Shown here in pieces: positions 17,308-24,959 of a stretch of 56,680 nucleotides of DNA. Source of the DNA: a virus; IMG/VR virus record IMGVR_UViG_3300022930_000002, positions 1-56,680 of that record. One strand, 5' to 3'. Position 1 is the first letter of the stretch; the number at the start of each line of letters is the position of its first letter. Both the position numbers and the translations under genes were made by a program. Below the pieces are notes generated by a model. That model was not told the DNA's origin. It saw only the letters and a list, made by a program, of their open reading frames with translations, and searched no databases.

Positions 17308-17729
17308 CCTACCATGATAACATAATTAACTACCTGTGTTCCTTTAAACCACTTTAAAGCCCCATTATATATAAAAGTGTACAGGTAAAAACTGTAAAGA
17401 TGCAATAGTGTTTTACATTAAAAACTATATTAAAACTATATTAAAGTACCTTTTATACTAATATTCTATTACAGTAAACAAGGTAAACAGTATATATAAG
17501 ACTTGACATAGTATACTGTATATTTATAGTAGTACAGATATATACTGTACAATATTATAACACCTATAATATACTATATAAATATAGCTACATCTACTAC
17601 AGGCTTTAGAAAGTACCTGTACATTTGTTTACGGTAACTTATTTTTTATATTTTTCTTGTTTTATTCATATTAAAACAACACTTTTGTTGGAGAACACTA
17701 ATAAACCATTTATTTACATATTCAACATT

Positions 17730-18176
17730 ATGAAGTTTTTAAGCATGAAAAAGGTTGCAGAACTGGAAGGAACCGGTTTAACCAAATCACAAATTGCAAA
17801 GTATTTAGAAATTGATATATTCGATTTTTATAATTTCCTCCATAAACATAAAGGTAGAACGGGCACTTATCCTGTAGATGGTTCGCGTAAAAAAGAACCC
17901 GTTAAACCTAAACATGAATATCCAGAAAATAATGCTTTGGCTAACAAGTTAAAAACCAAATCAATTAAAGCTTTGGCTATTGAATTGAACGTACCATATG
18001 AGGCGTTAAGAGCACATATTAATAAACAGGGTATACGGTATGTTAGGAAAGCTACCCGAGTATCTAAAATCACTAATCCTAACAATGAGGGTTTTGTAGG
18101 ACCTGAGGCGGGAATTGATCTATTTAACAAGTTGATGAGTGATCCGACATCCGCAGTTAGTAGGCTAAAGAAGTAA
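17730..18176 (+). CDS. DNA-binding protein with two HTH-like segments (first early gene; start trimmed to the ATG at 17730)
   Basis: LTKSQIAKYLEIDIFDFYNFL and ALAIELNVPYEALRAHINKQGI; the upstream part of ORF 17625 lies in promoter DNA. Confidence 0.6.
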   Translation: MKFLSMKKVAELEGTGLTKSQIAKYLEIDIFDFYNFLHKHKGRTGTYPVDGSRKKEPVKPKHEYPENNALANKLKTKSIKALAIELNVPYEALRAHINKQGIRYVRKATRVSKITNPNNEGFVGPEAGIDLFNKLMSDPTSAVSRLKK

Positions 18177-18177
18177 A

Positions 18178-18238
18178 CACGTATAAATACGTGCTTTAAT
18201 AATACTTGACAATAATTAAAAATATTATATTACCTTTA
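18178..18238 (+). promoter_or_regulatory. early promoter copy 1 (dyad CACGTATAAATACGTG + CTTGACA-N22-TACCTTTA)
   Basis: One of three ~50-bp near-identical elements (see 19092 and 19730). Confidence 0.65.
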
Positions 18239-18258
18239 TATCAACAAACAACAAGGAC

Positions 18259-18393
18259 ATGAAAAAAGCTAAAATTCAAATCATTAACAACGCCATCGAG
18301 ACTTATAAAAAAGCTCCGGTTTTAGAAGCAATAATGCTTAGAGCAATATTGGGTTATACTTTCAAATCTTCTCACTTTGTAGCTTATAACTAA
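18259..18393 (+). CDS. hypothetical 44-aa protein
   Basis: Hand translation MKKAKIQIINNAIETYKKAPVLEAIMLRAILGYTFKSSHFVAYN, directly after the promoter. Confidence 0.45.
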   Translation: MKKAKIQIINNAIETYKKAPVLEAIMLRAILGYTFKSSHFVAYN

Positions 18394-18394
18394 A

Positions 18395-18538
18395 ATGATA
18401 AACACCTATGTAGTTACGGACCTTACCCGAGTAAATAACCAGAACATCATAATTGTTGCACGTTCTGAGAAAAGAGCAATTGAGATTGCTAAAACAGTCC
18501 ACGGAATTAAAAACCCTAGTAAAATAACATTAATCTAA
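18395..18538 (+). CDS. hypothetical 47-aa protein
   Basis: Hand translation MINTYVVTDLTRVNNQNIIIVARSEKRAIEIAKTVHGIKNPSKITLI. Confidence 0.45.
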   Translation: MINTYVVTDLTRVNNQNIIIVARSEKRAIEIAKTVHGIKNPSKITLI

Positions 18539-18545
18539 AAAAGCT

Positions 18546-18824
18546 ATGAATACAACAAAACACAACCCAGACTACAAATTAGCAGGAACTATTATTTTTA
18601 CAGGTTCTAACTTTATAGAACTTGTTTATGGTGAAACAAATGAAGGCCAAAATATAGGACTTGAAGCTTATTTTAAAAAAGAAAAGAATGGGCATTTCTA
18701 TACCTCTCGTAGATGGGATGAGGATTCTATACCAACAAAATATACAACTTTATTCTCTAGGTTGCAACACGAATGTTGGGAAAATTGCCCTGCCGGACAT
18801 AAATTAGAAGTAGAATTGTATTAA
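18546..18824 (+). CDS. hypothetical protein
   Basis: ORF track. Confidence 0.6.
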   Translation: MNTTKHNPDYKLAGTIIFTGSNFIELVYGETNEGQNIGLEAYFKKEKNGHFYTSRRWDEDSIPTKYTTLFSRLQHECWENCPAGHKLEVELY

Positions 18825-18871
18825 AAGAATCTATCCCGCTGCCAACCCAACACCTACAAAGGTTTGGGTTT

Positions 18872-19060
18872 GTGGTAGTAAAAAACCTAAACAATATGAA
18901 AACTCCTTTCTTTATCTTAGCTTTTATTTCTGCAATTATTTACCTACTGAGTCTGAATAATTTCTACATCACCAACACCATAGCAATTGTATTTATTGCA
19001 GTTTGGGTTTTATCCCTTTTGGACTGTAAAACATTAGCCCCCGACGACGAACGGTTTTAA
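18872..19060 (+). CDS. small membrane protein (probable ATG at 18896)
   Basis: Two hydrophobic segments FFILAFISAIIYLL and IAIVFIAVWVLSLL. Confidence 0.55.
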   Translation: MVVKNLNNMKTPFFILAFISAIIYLLSLNNFYITNTIAIVFIAVWVLSLLDCKTLAPDDERF

Positions 19061-19091
19061 TTTGCGTTAAATACGTGTTTTAAAAATAAAC

Positions 19092-19122
19092 TTGACAAAT
19101 ATTAAAAATATGCTTACCTTTA
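19092..19122 (+). promoter_or_regulatory. early promoter copy 2 (CTTGACA-N20-TACCTTTA)
   Basis: AATACGTGTTTTAAAAATAAACTTGACAAATATTAAAAATATGCTTACCTTTATATCAACAAACAA. Confidence 0.65.
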
Positions 19123-19193
19123 TATCAACAAACAAGGAATAAACCTTGGATGTTTTCCGGTTAGCTGCTACCGACCAACAAGACAGATTTAAA

Positions 19194-19721
19194 ATGAGAA
19201 CAGTAAGAACAAAAGTTTATTCTTTCGACGAATTAACAGAAGATGCAAAATTGACTGTAATAGGCAATCTATCAGACATTAACGTAAACTATGAATGGTG
19301 GGAGTCTACCTACGAAGATGCCAAAAACATCGGTTTAAAAATTACCAGTTTTGATATAGGTAGAGCGAGTATTTGCGAGGGTTCCCTTATCTGGGATGTG
19401 GCAGAAGTAACTAATGCAATTATAAAAGAACATGGTGAGACCTGCGCAACTTTTGAAACTGCAAAACAATATTTAACAGATTATAATAATTTAGTCGTTA
19501 AATATTCAGATGGTATTAAAACTGATATCGTGGCAGAAGGTAACGAATATGATTTTGACCAGGAGGCCGACGATTTAGACGCGAACTTTTTACAAAGTAT
19601 CTTAGAAGATTATAGAATGATCCTTTCTAAAGAATACGATTATTTGACAAGTTCAGAAGCCATAAAAGAGAGTATAGAAGCCAATTCTTATGAATTTTTA
19701 GAGAATGGAAATATATTTTAA
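19194..19721 (+). CDS. acidic hypothetical protein (start trimmed to the ATG at 19194; the ORF-track start is a TTG)
   Basis: MRTVRTKVYSFDELTEDAK...NYEWWESTYED; Asp/Glu-rich. Confidence 0.6.
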   Translation: MRTVRTKVYSFDELTEDAKLTVIGNLSDINVNYEWWESTYEDAKNIGLKITSFDIGRASICEGSLIWDVAEVTNAIIKEHGETCATFETAKQYLTDYNNLVVKYSDGIKTDIVAEGNEYDFDQEADDLDANFLQSILEDYRMILSKEYDYLTSSEAIKESIEANSYEFLENGNIF

Positions 19722-19729
19722 AATAATAC

Positions 19730-19759
19730 TTGACATTAATAAAAATATTCATATCTTTA
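19730..19759 (+). promoter_or_regulatory. early promoter copy 3 (CTTGACA-N19-TATCTTTA)
   Basis: AATAATACTTGACATTAATAAAAATATTCATATCTTTACATCACACAA. Confidence 0.6.
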
Positions 19760-19787
19760 CATCACACAATAACAAAAGCTAAATATC

Positions 19788-20108
19788 ATGAGAAAAATCA
19801 CCAAATCAGCAATCGCAGCATTTTTAAACGCAGAATTTTTTAAATTAGATAACACTATTGTAGAAGTACAACAGAATGTAACTATTTTAAAATTGTACAA
19901 TAACATTATAGCTTATAGATATAATGATCCTGAAAGAACCCTATATATTACCAACGCAGGATGGCAAAGTAACACTACTAAAGAACGTTTAAACGCTCTG
20001 CCTAATGTTTCAATCTCACAAAAGAAAGGTGTTTGGTATTTAAACGGCAAAGAATGGGATGGTAATTTAATTGATGTCACCGTTTCCACACTTAATCCTA
20101 TATGTTAG
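19788..20108 (+). CDS. hypothetical protein
   Basis: ORF track; followed by a terminator. Confidence 0.65.
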   Translation: MRKITKSAIAAFLNAEFFKLDNTIVEVQQNVTILKLYNNIIAYRYNDPERTLYITNAGWQSNTTKERLNALPNVSISQKKGVWYLNGKEWDGNLIDVTVSTLNPIC

Positions 20109-20127
20109 GAATCAATAAAATACAATA

Positions 20128-20155
20128 CCCTGCTAAATTCGTTTAGCGGGGTTTT
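20128..20155 (+). terminator. intrinsic terminator
   Basis: CCCTGCTAAA-TTCG-TTTAGCGGGG followed by TTTT. Confidence 0.7.
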
Positions 20156-20176
20156 AGTGGTATAAAGCTAAAAATT

Positions 20177-20875
20177 ATGAAAACTTACATCTTAACTAAA
20201 AACGATTCTTTCATCTGCTCGGGCACTGAAAATGATTGCTACCTTAAATTGCAGCGTGTACAGTCTCAGTCTGCGGACTGGGCTATTAAGTACGAAGGTT
20301 ACAAAGTAGAACCTTTAGAGGGGATGCACTGCGTTATTAAAGTAAATGCTTATGTGTTTGCTGATACTGGGAAAATGAAAGATTTTCTTAAGGTTAACGA
20401 GGGTAAAGTATTGAAAATTGACGAATCATATTATTTTGACAATCAATATAACGTGGAAGGTTTTAGGGTATTCGATACCATGGTAAGCGAAATGTTAAAC
20501 GATACCCGGGCCGGCAAAGGTTTGTGTAAATACTGCGGAAAGTTACACACTGAAAAAGTAGACGTTTGTACCAATAGAGCAGAATGTGCAAATTATGGTA
20601 TTAAATGGTTTACTCCTGATAATACATTTTTCTTGAAATATCCTAAAGGCCTTCCAATTCCAAAAGAAATGAAGGACGTTAAATTTGGCACTTATGAGTT
20701 ATCAACATATCCAAGTTTAGATTATTTCAGAATCAGAAACAACCGTAAAACTATAAACTTTAAATTTGATGGTACACACTTTTTTGTGCAGTCTATTGGA
20801 TGGAATCAGAGCAAAAAATTAGATATGCCTTCCAAAGATTTATCTAAATTAATCACTTTTTTAAACTCTTTATAA
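20177..20875 (+). CDS. hypothetical protein with Cys cluster
   Basis: CKYCGKLH...CTNRAEC. Confidence 0.65.
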   Translation: MKTYILTKNDSFICSGTENDCYLKLQRVQSQSADWAIKYEGYKVEPLEGMHCVIKVNAYVFADTGKMKDFLKVNEGKVLKIDESYYFDNQYNVEGFRVFDTMVSEMLNDTRAGKGLCKYCGKLHTEKVDVCTNRAECANYGIKWFTPDNTFFLKYPKGLPIPKEMKDVKFGTYELSTYPSLDYFRIRNNRKTINFKFDGTHFFVQSIGWNQSKKLDMPSKDLSKLITFLNSL

Positions 20876-20876
20876 T

Positions 20877-21152
20877 ATGAGAAACGATAATCTAGGCAGA
20901 GTAATAACTGCGACCAATTCAAAATTTGGTGCCCCAATGGGCAGAGCAAACAAAGGTAATTACCCCGTTACAATTACAAGTGGTAACAACGGCCGTATCT
21001 GTAAAAAACACCAAACTAAAGTGTATAATAAAAGAGTGGCTTTAATAGAAGGTTACGATATGGGCGGGGCTTATTGGGGCACAGGCTCAGAGTTAAGAGT
21101 TGAATTTACAGCAGATTTACAATATATAAATTTTTACAGATGCCAAAATTAA
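20877..21152 (+). CDS. hypothetical protein
   Basis: ORF track; GAPMGR...YDMGGAYWG motif. Confidence 0.6.
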   Translation: MRNDNLGRVITATNSKFGAPMGRANKGNYPVTITSGNNGRICKKHQTKVYNKRVALIEGYDMGGAYWGTGSELRVEFTADLQYINFYRCQN

Positions 21153-21286
21153 GAACTACAGAACCCATATATTTAAAAAGTCCTAAAGGCCTACAAAAGG
21201 TAGGTTATAGAGTTGTAGAAATTCTCACCAACAAAGCAGGCGATATATTACGCTCTCAAATTGTACGATCTAAAATTTATAAATAG
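21140..21286 (+). CDS. hypothetical 48-aa protein
   Basis: Hand translation MPKLRTTEPIYLKSPKGLQKVGYRVVEILTNKAGDILRSQIVRSKIYK. Confidence 0.4.
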   Translation: MPKLRTTEPIYLKSPKGLQKVGYRVVEILTNKAGDILRSQIVRSKIYK

Positions 21287-21289
21287 CAT

Positions 21290-21421
21290 ATGGAACAAAC
21301 AATAAATCTCGAATTAAAAGAGGGAATACTGCTAATAACAGGTAGTGAAAATTTAACCCCAGAAACGGCCGCAGCATTAATACAGTGGCTTCAGGAAAAT
21401 TACAACCCGCTACCAAAATAG
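21290..21421 (+). CDS. hypothetical 43-aa protein
   Basis: Hand translation MEQTINLELKEGILLITGSENLTPETAAALIQWLQENYNPLPK; its stop lies inside the terminator hairpin. Confidence 0.4.
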   Translation: MEQTINLELKEGILLITGSENLTPETAAALIQWLQENYNPLPK

Positions 21422-21430
21422 CGGGTTTTT
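21405..21430 (+). terminator. intrinsic terminator
   Basis: ACCCGCTA-CCAAAA-TAGCGGGT followed by TTTT. Confidence 0.7.
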
Positions 21431-21457
21431 CCGGTACACAATTAAAGCTAAAATATT

Positions 21458-21736
21458 ATGTATAATTCAACATCAATTGACCTTTTTATAAATAAGGTAA
21501 ACAAAGAAGCTGAACAGGCAGCACAGGCGGTATATGATAAATACCAAACTGAATTCGAACAAAGATTAAAAGCACAAATTAAAACAGGTGATACAATATT
21601 TTCAGGTATGGGCGCTGCCTTTATTAAGAACTCTAAAGGGGAATATGTAGGTGAAAAATTAAGCGCAGTAATTTGTGCTAATGAATATAATAGTTTAGCT
21701 GTTGGATTATTTACACCTGATAAATTATCTAAATAA
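21458..21736 (+). CDS. hypothetical protein
   Basis: ORF track. Confidence 0.6.
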   Translation: MYNSTSIDLFINKVNKEAEQAAQAVYDKYQTEFEQRLKAQIKTGDTIFSGMGAAFIKNSKGEYVGEKLSAVICANEYNSLAVGLFTPDKLSK

Positions 21737-21737
21737 T

Positions 21738-21959
21738 ATGGAATTCACATTAGTAATTACAGCGTTTTTAAGCCTGTTATTAGCACTTAAAAAGCATAGG
21801 CAAACCAAAGCATTAAAAGAAACTTTAGATTGGCAGATAGAGCGCAATATAGACCTATATAAAAAGAATCTGCAATTGTTTGCAATACTGAATAAAGACA
21901 ATCGAGAACTTAAGCAGAAAGTTATCAACGATTCGCAGAGATATAAAGAAACTTTATAG
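21738..21959 (+). CDS. small membrane-anchored coiled-coil protein (start trimmed to the ATG at 21738)
   Basis: MEFTLVITAFLSLLLAL followed by a charged helix. Confidence 0.55.
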   Translation: MEFTLVITAFLSLLLALKKHRQTKALKETLDWQIERNIDLYKKNLQLFAILNKDNRELKQKVINDSQRYKETL

Positions 21960-21964
21960 TAAAC

Positions 21965-21989
21965 AACCCGCCCTAACAAAGCGGGTTTT
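21965..21989 (+). terminator. intrinsic terminator
   Basis: AACCCGC-N9-GCGGGTT followed by TT. Confidence 0.6.
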
Positions 21990-22012
21990 ATAGGTATAAG
22001 ATAACAGGTAAT

Positions 22013-22285
22013 ATGAAAAAGCAAATATTTTATGGCATAACGTTTTATTTTGAAAACTTTAATCATCAAATGGATTCCGATTTATTAGGGGAAATATTAA
22101 GATCAAGGTTTATGAAAAATCACGGGGGCCAACAATATGAAAGAAGAAAATTAGCAGATTGGTTTAAGGATTGTTTTCCTTTTATTGATACAATAGTTTT
22201 ATATAAAGTTTCAGGACGTAAAAATGAACATGAAAGGGAATTTTCAGTTTCGGAATATATTATCTCAAAAGCATATTTAAAATAA
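22013..22285 (+). CDS. hypothetical protein
   Basis: ORF track. Confidence 0.55.
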   Translation: MKKQIFYGITFYFENFNHQMDSDLLGEILRSRFMKNHGGQQYERRKLADWFKDCFPFIDTIVLYKVSGRKNEHEREFSVSEYIISKAYLK

Positions 22286-22287
22286 TT

Positions 22288-22473
22288 ATGGCACGTAAAA
22301 ATAAAATAGTCGGGGCTATACCCAACGCAGGTAGAAAGAAACAGGAAACAACCCAAAGCGCAATATTAAATTTGCGTATATCGGAAACGGCAAGACAGGC
22401 ACTAAACAGCCTCCCCAGGATGGAACGTGGAAAATTAGTGGATCAATTGATCCGCGACCATTTTATGGTATAG
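22288..22473 (+). CDS. small RHH-like DNA-binding protein candidate
   Basis: SAILNLRISETARQALNSLPRMERGKLVDQLIRDHF has a strand then two-helix pattern; its stop codon lies in the first 17-bp repeat. Confidence 0.5.
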   Translation: MARKNKIVGAIPNAGRKKQETTQSAILNLRISETARQALNSLPRMERGKLVDQLIRDHFMV

Positions 22474-22536
22474 TATAAAAACAGCTATAGTATAAAAATA
22501 GCTATAGTATAAAAACAGGCATAGCATAAACAAGAC
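22469..22536 (+). repeat. tandem 17-bp repeat, 4 copies (TATAGTATAAAAACAGC consensus)
   Basis: TATAGTATAAAAACAGC / TATAGTATAAAAATAGC / TATAGTATAAAAACAGG / CATAGCATAAACAAGAC, head to tail. Confidence 0.9.
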
Positions 22537-22539
22537 AAA

Positions 22540-22791
22540 ATGAAAGCTAAATTATTGAAGAAATTCCGCAAACGGTTTGAAATTATCACCTTCGGAAAAA
22601 ACAGTCTGGCCCTCCTGGATCACAAAGATGAGAGGGTAATTTATAACATCGTTCCTGGTAGGCCAATACGATGTTTGAGCGATGCAATTGTGGTTGGAGT
22701 GTCTAAGTTAGAGATAGGTTTCTATCAGCACTTAGAATTTATCAAGACCAGAAGAAAAAGAATGTACCATTCACACTTAACTAAGAAATAA
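22540..22791 (+). CDS. hypothetical basic protein
   Basis: ORF track; lies between the two repeat arrays. Confidence 0.55.
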   Translation: MKAKLLKKFRKRFEIITFGKNSLALLDHKDERVIYNIVPGRPIRCLSDAIVVGVSKLEIGFYQHLEFIKTRRKRMYHSHLTKK

Positions 22792-22946
22792 TGAATACCG
22801 AATTGATCAATCGAATAGAGGAACTATTCCTGGAATTGCTTAAGTCCAAAACTGGATGGGGCAGGGTAGAAATTGCAGCAGCTTATAAAGAAGCTCAGAG
22901 GCAGGCCCTATTGGAGTTTGTTGATAAATATTATTCACCCCTATAG
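22791..22946 (+). CDS. hypothetical 51-aa protein
   Basis: Hand translation MNTELINRIEELFLELLKSKTGWGRVEIAAAYKEAQRQALLEFVDKYYSPL; TAATG coupling. Confidence 0.45.
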   Translation: MNTELINRIEELFLELLKSKTGWGRVEIAAAYKEAQRQALLEFVDKYYSPL

Positions 22947-22975
22947 CATAAAAACTGCCATAGCATAAAAAGCTA
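22942..22975 (+). repeat. second array of the same 17-bp repeat, 2 copies
   Basis: TATAGCATAAAAACTGC / CATAGCATAAAAAGCTA, ending 5 nt before the viperin ATG. Confidence 0.85.
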
Positions 22976-22980
22976 AGAAA

Positions 22981-23871
22981 ATGAAAAAGCATTTAGATTT
23001 TGATTGGAACAGATATTTAAACTGTCCACCCTCACAAAAGTTATTTGATCCGATGTTCGAAACGGTCTCCTTCCATATTGTAAAGCCTTGCAACATGAAA
23101 TGTAAATTCTGCTACGCCACATTTGATGACTTCCATGTTGGCCCGCAGATATCTCTGCTTGATGCCCAAACTGTCATACGTCGATTGAAGGAAGCAGGTA
23201 TGCAGAAGATCACTTTTGCCGGTGGCGAACCAATGCTATACAAACACCTGGACGAAATTATCAGGTACAGCAAGAAAATTGGACTGACCACTTCCATCAT
23301 CTCTAATGGATCACTAATGACTCCGGACTGGCTGCGGAAGATGAGACCATATTTGGATTGGATAGGAGTCTCCATTGACAGTTTGGATTATAGTACAAAC
23401 AAAGCTATTGGCCGGACCGCTAAAGGAGATGTAGAGTATTCAGAATTACTGTATAGTATAAAAACCCTAGGATATAAGCTGAAGATCAATACAGTGGTGA
23501 ACTCATACAACTGGCAGGAAGATTTTAATGAGCTTATCTACCTAGCCAAACCAGACAGATGGAAAGTGTTTCAGGCCCTACGTATCGAAGGACAGAATGA
23601 TCATCAGTTCGACGAGATTAAAGTTTCTGCTTTTCAATTTTCTGATTTTCTTTGGAGACATTCTAAGCAAACATCTATGGTTCCAGAAAATAATAAGAAG
23701 ATGACAGGCTCATATCTTTTAGTTGATCCACTGGGAAGGCTATTTGAGAACAGTTCTGGCAAGCATACGTATTCTTTACCGGTGCAGGATTCAAGTGTCG
23801 CAGAGTGCCTTAAACAGATCAATCTGGACAGATCAATGTTCATTAAACGTGGAGGACTGTACAAATGGTAG
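22981..23871 (+). CDS. viperin-like radical SAM enzyme (prokaryotic viperin, pVip-type)
   Basis: CNMKCKFC (CxxxCxxC), AGGEPM, IISNGS, VSIDS, KINTVVN, PDRWKVFQALRIEGQN, VPENNKKMTGSYLLVD, MFIKRGGLYKW-end. These are collinear with vertebrate viperin motifs. Confidence 0.85.
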   Translation: MKKHLDFDWNRYLNCPPSQKLFDPMFETVSFHIVKPCNMKCKFCYATFDDFHVGPQISLLDAQTVIRRLKEAGMQKITFAGGEPMLYKHLDEIIRYSKKIGLTTSIISNGSLMTPDWLRKMRPYLDWIGVSIDSLDYSTNKAIGRTAKGDVEYSELLYSIKTLGYKLKINTVVNSYNWQEDFNELIYLAKPDRWKVFQALRIEGQNDHQFDEIKVSAFQFSDFLWRHSKQTSMVPENNKKMTGSYLLVDPLGRLFENSSGKHTYSLPVQDSSVAECLKQINLDRSMFIKRGGLYKW

Positions 23872-24128
23872 TAAAACAAAATACCACTCTGGAAACAACT
23901 TTAATTTTCGGTGGAGGATGCCCTACTTTCTACTCTGAAGGAGTTATAAGAATGAATTGGGACCATAAAGAAATTACCCATGTAATTGTATCTACTCAAT
24001 TGTGCCCCGTTGTAGAAGGTATTATCCAAAATATAAATTGGATTTTTAAAAATAAAGGATGTGATCCAACTTTTAAAGTAATGGATTCTCTTATTGATAG
24101 CGCAAAAGTATTTTTTAAAGAGGTATGA
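23865..24128 (+). CDS. hypothetical protein translationally coupled to the viperin gene
   Basis: Its ATG overlaps the viperin stop (ATGGTAG). Confidence 0.55.
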   Translation: MVVKQNTTLETTLIFGGGCPTFYSEGVIRMNWDHKEITHVIVSTQLCPVVEGIIQNINWIFKNKGCDPTFKVMDSLIDSAKVFFKEV

Positions 24129-24328
24129 AACACAAAGCAAAATTTTGTCTGACTAATTACCATTGCGGTAATTGCGAGACCGGTGTAGTTCAAATCCACC
24201 AACAGATGAACAAAAGAAAAGAAGTAACCACCACTGTAAGTGGCTGCTTAGACTGCGGAAAAGACTATGGTATTCGACAGGCCAGTCAATTAGAAATCTA
24301 TAAAAGAGATGATATAGTCTGGGCATAA
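24125..24328 (+). CDS. small 4-Cys zinc-ribbon protein
   Basis: CGNCETG ... CLDCG; ATGA overlap with the upstream ORF. Confidence 0.55.
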   Translation: MKHKAKFCLTNYHCGNCETGVVQIHQQMNKRKEVTTTVSGCLDCGKDYGIRQASQLEIYKRDDIVWA

Positions 24329-24329
24329 A

Positions 24330-24378
24330 AAAAATATTTACAAAATATTTTGTTTCCTCAGAATAAGTTGTATATTTG
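24330..24378 (+). promoter_or_regulatory. promoter of the AAAAATATTTACAAAATATTTTG class
   Basis: AAAAATATTTACAAAATATTTTG-N18-TATATTTG. Confidence 0.65.
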
Positions 24379-24539
24379 AATAACGGTAGTCCAGTTACGA
24401 AAATGAAAGAAGCCAGATATTGAGGGCTTGCAACCGGACACAGCGAAGGCGATTACGCCAACAATACTTAGAAACCCGACTCCTACCAAGGATCGGGATT
24501 TCTAGGTGCCGGATGTTCGGCAATTAAATCTTAGCGGAT

Positions 24540-24875
24540 ATGAAAGAAGTAAAAATATTAGTTAGGGATTTTGACCCTGAAATTGATTTGCCTATACTAG
24601 AGTTATCTGTAAAAAAGTTTGCTTTAATAGGGAGTTTCGATAATTATAATAATGCTAAAGTGCATATATCAAAAGATAATCTAACTATTGATGCATACTG
24701 TGGCCGTATGGGTATTCAGTATTGTTTCGTTTCAAATACCGGATTTCAGTATGATGAAACAAAATTGTTCAGCATAAATGAAATTATTGATTTAGAAAAA
24801 ATATGTAAAAAATGTTTAAACAGTTTAAAAAAAAATAAAATAACATTCCCATCCCCGCTAAGTCGGATACTTTAG
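24540..24875 (+). CDS. hypothetical protein flanked by GC-rich structured RNA segments
   Basis: ORF track. Confidence 0.55.
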   Translation: MKEVKILVRDFDPEIDLPILELSVKKFALIGSFDNYNNAKVHISKDNLTIDAYCGRMGIQYCFVSNTGFQYDETKLFSINEIIDLEKICKKCLNSLKKNKITFPSPLSRIL

Positions 24876-24959
24876 CGTGACGCTCTTAGGGGCTCACGCT
24901 TTTCTAGGTGAGAGCGATTAATTTAGATAGCGGGAGGACACCAATCAAGAGCGACACGG

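Noticed and set aside
17500-17560. LexA/SOS-box-like CTGT...ACAG elements
   Set aside because: The spacing between CTG and CAG (17 nt, or 1 nt) does not fit the CTG-N10-CAG box. I cannot recall the Bacteroidota LexA motif with enough certainty to assert a match.
17161-18176. Lysogeny module (repressor / Cro / integrase) at the divergent region
   Set aside because: Only one HTH protein is present, with no integrase, excisionase or CI-like peptidase domain anywhere in the genome. The phage is therefore treated as probably virulent.
22469-22536. Possible CRISPR array
   Set aside because: The units are 17 bp and abut each other with no spacers. Only 4 + 2 copies are present and there are no cas genes. 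They are better explained as operator or iteron-like tandem repeats.
23112-24202. Minus-strand ORFs 23112-23375, 23634-23879, 23901-24140 and 23996-24202, and plus-strand ORF 23723-23938
   Set aside because: They overlap the viperin gene or its two coupled downstream ORFs. The plus-strand operon, with its ATG/stop overlaps, is the parsimonious reading.
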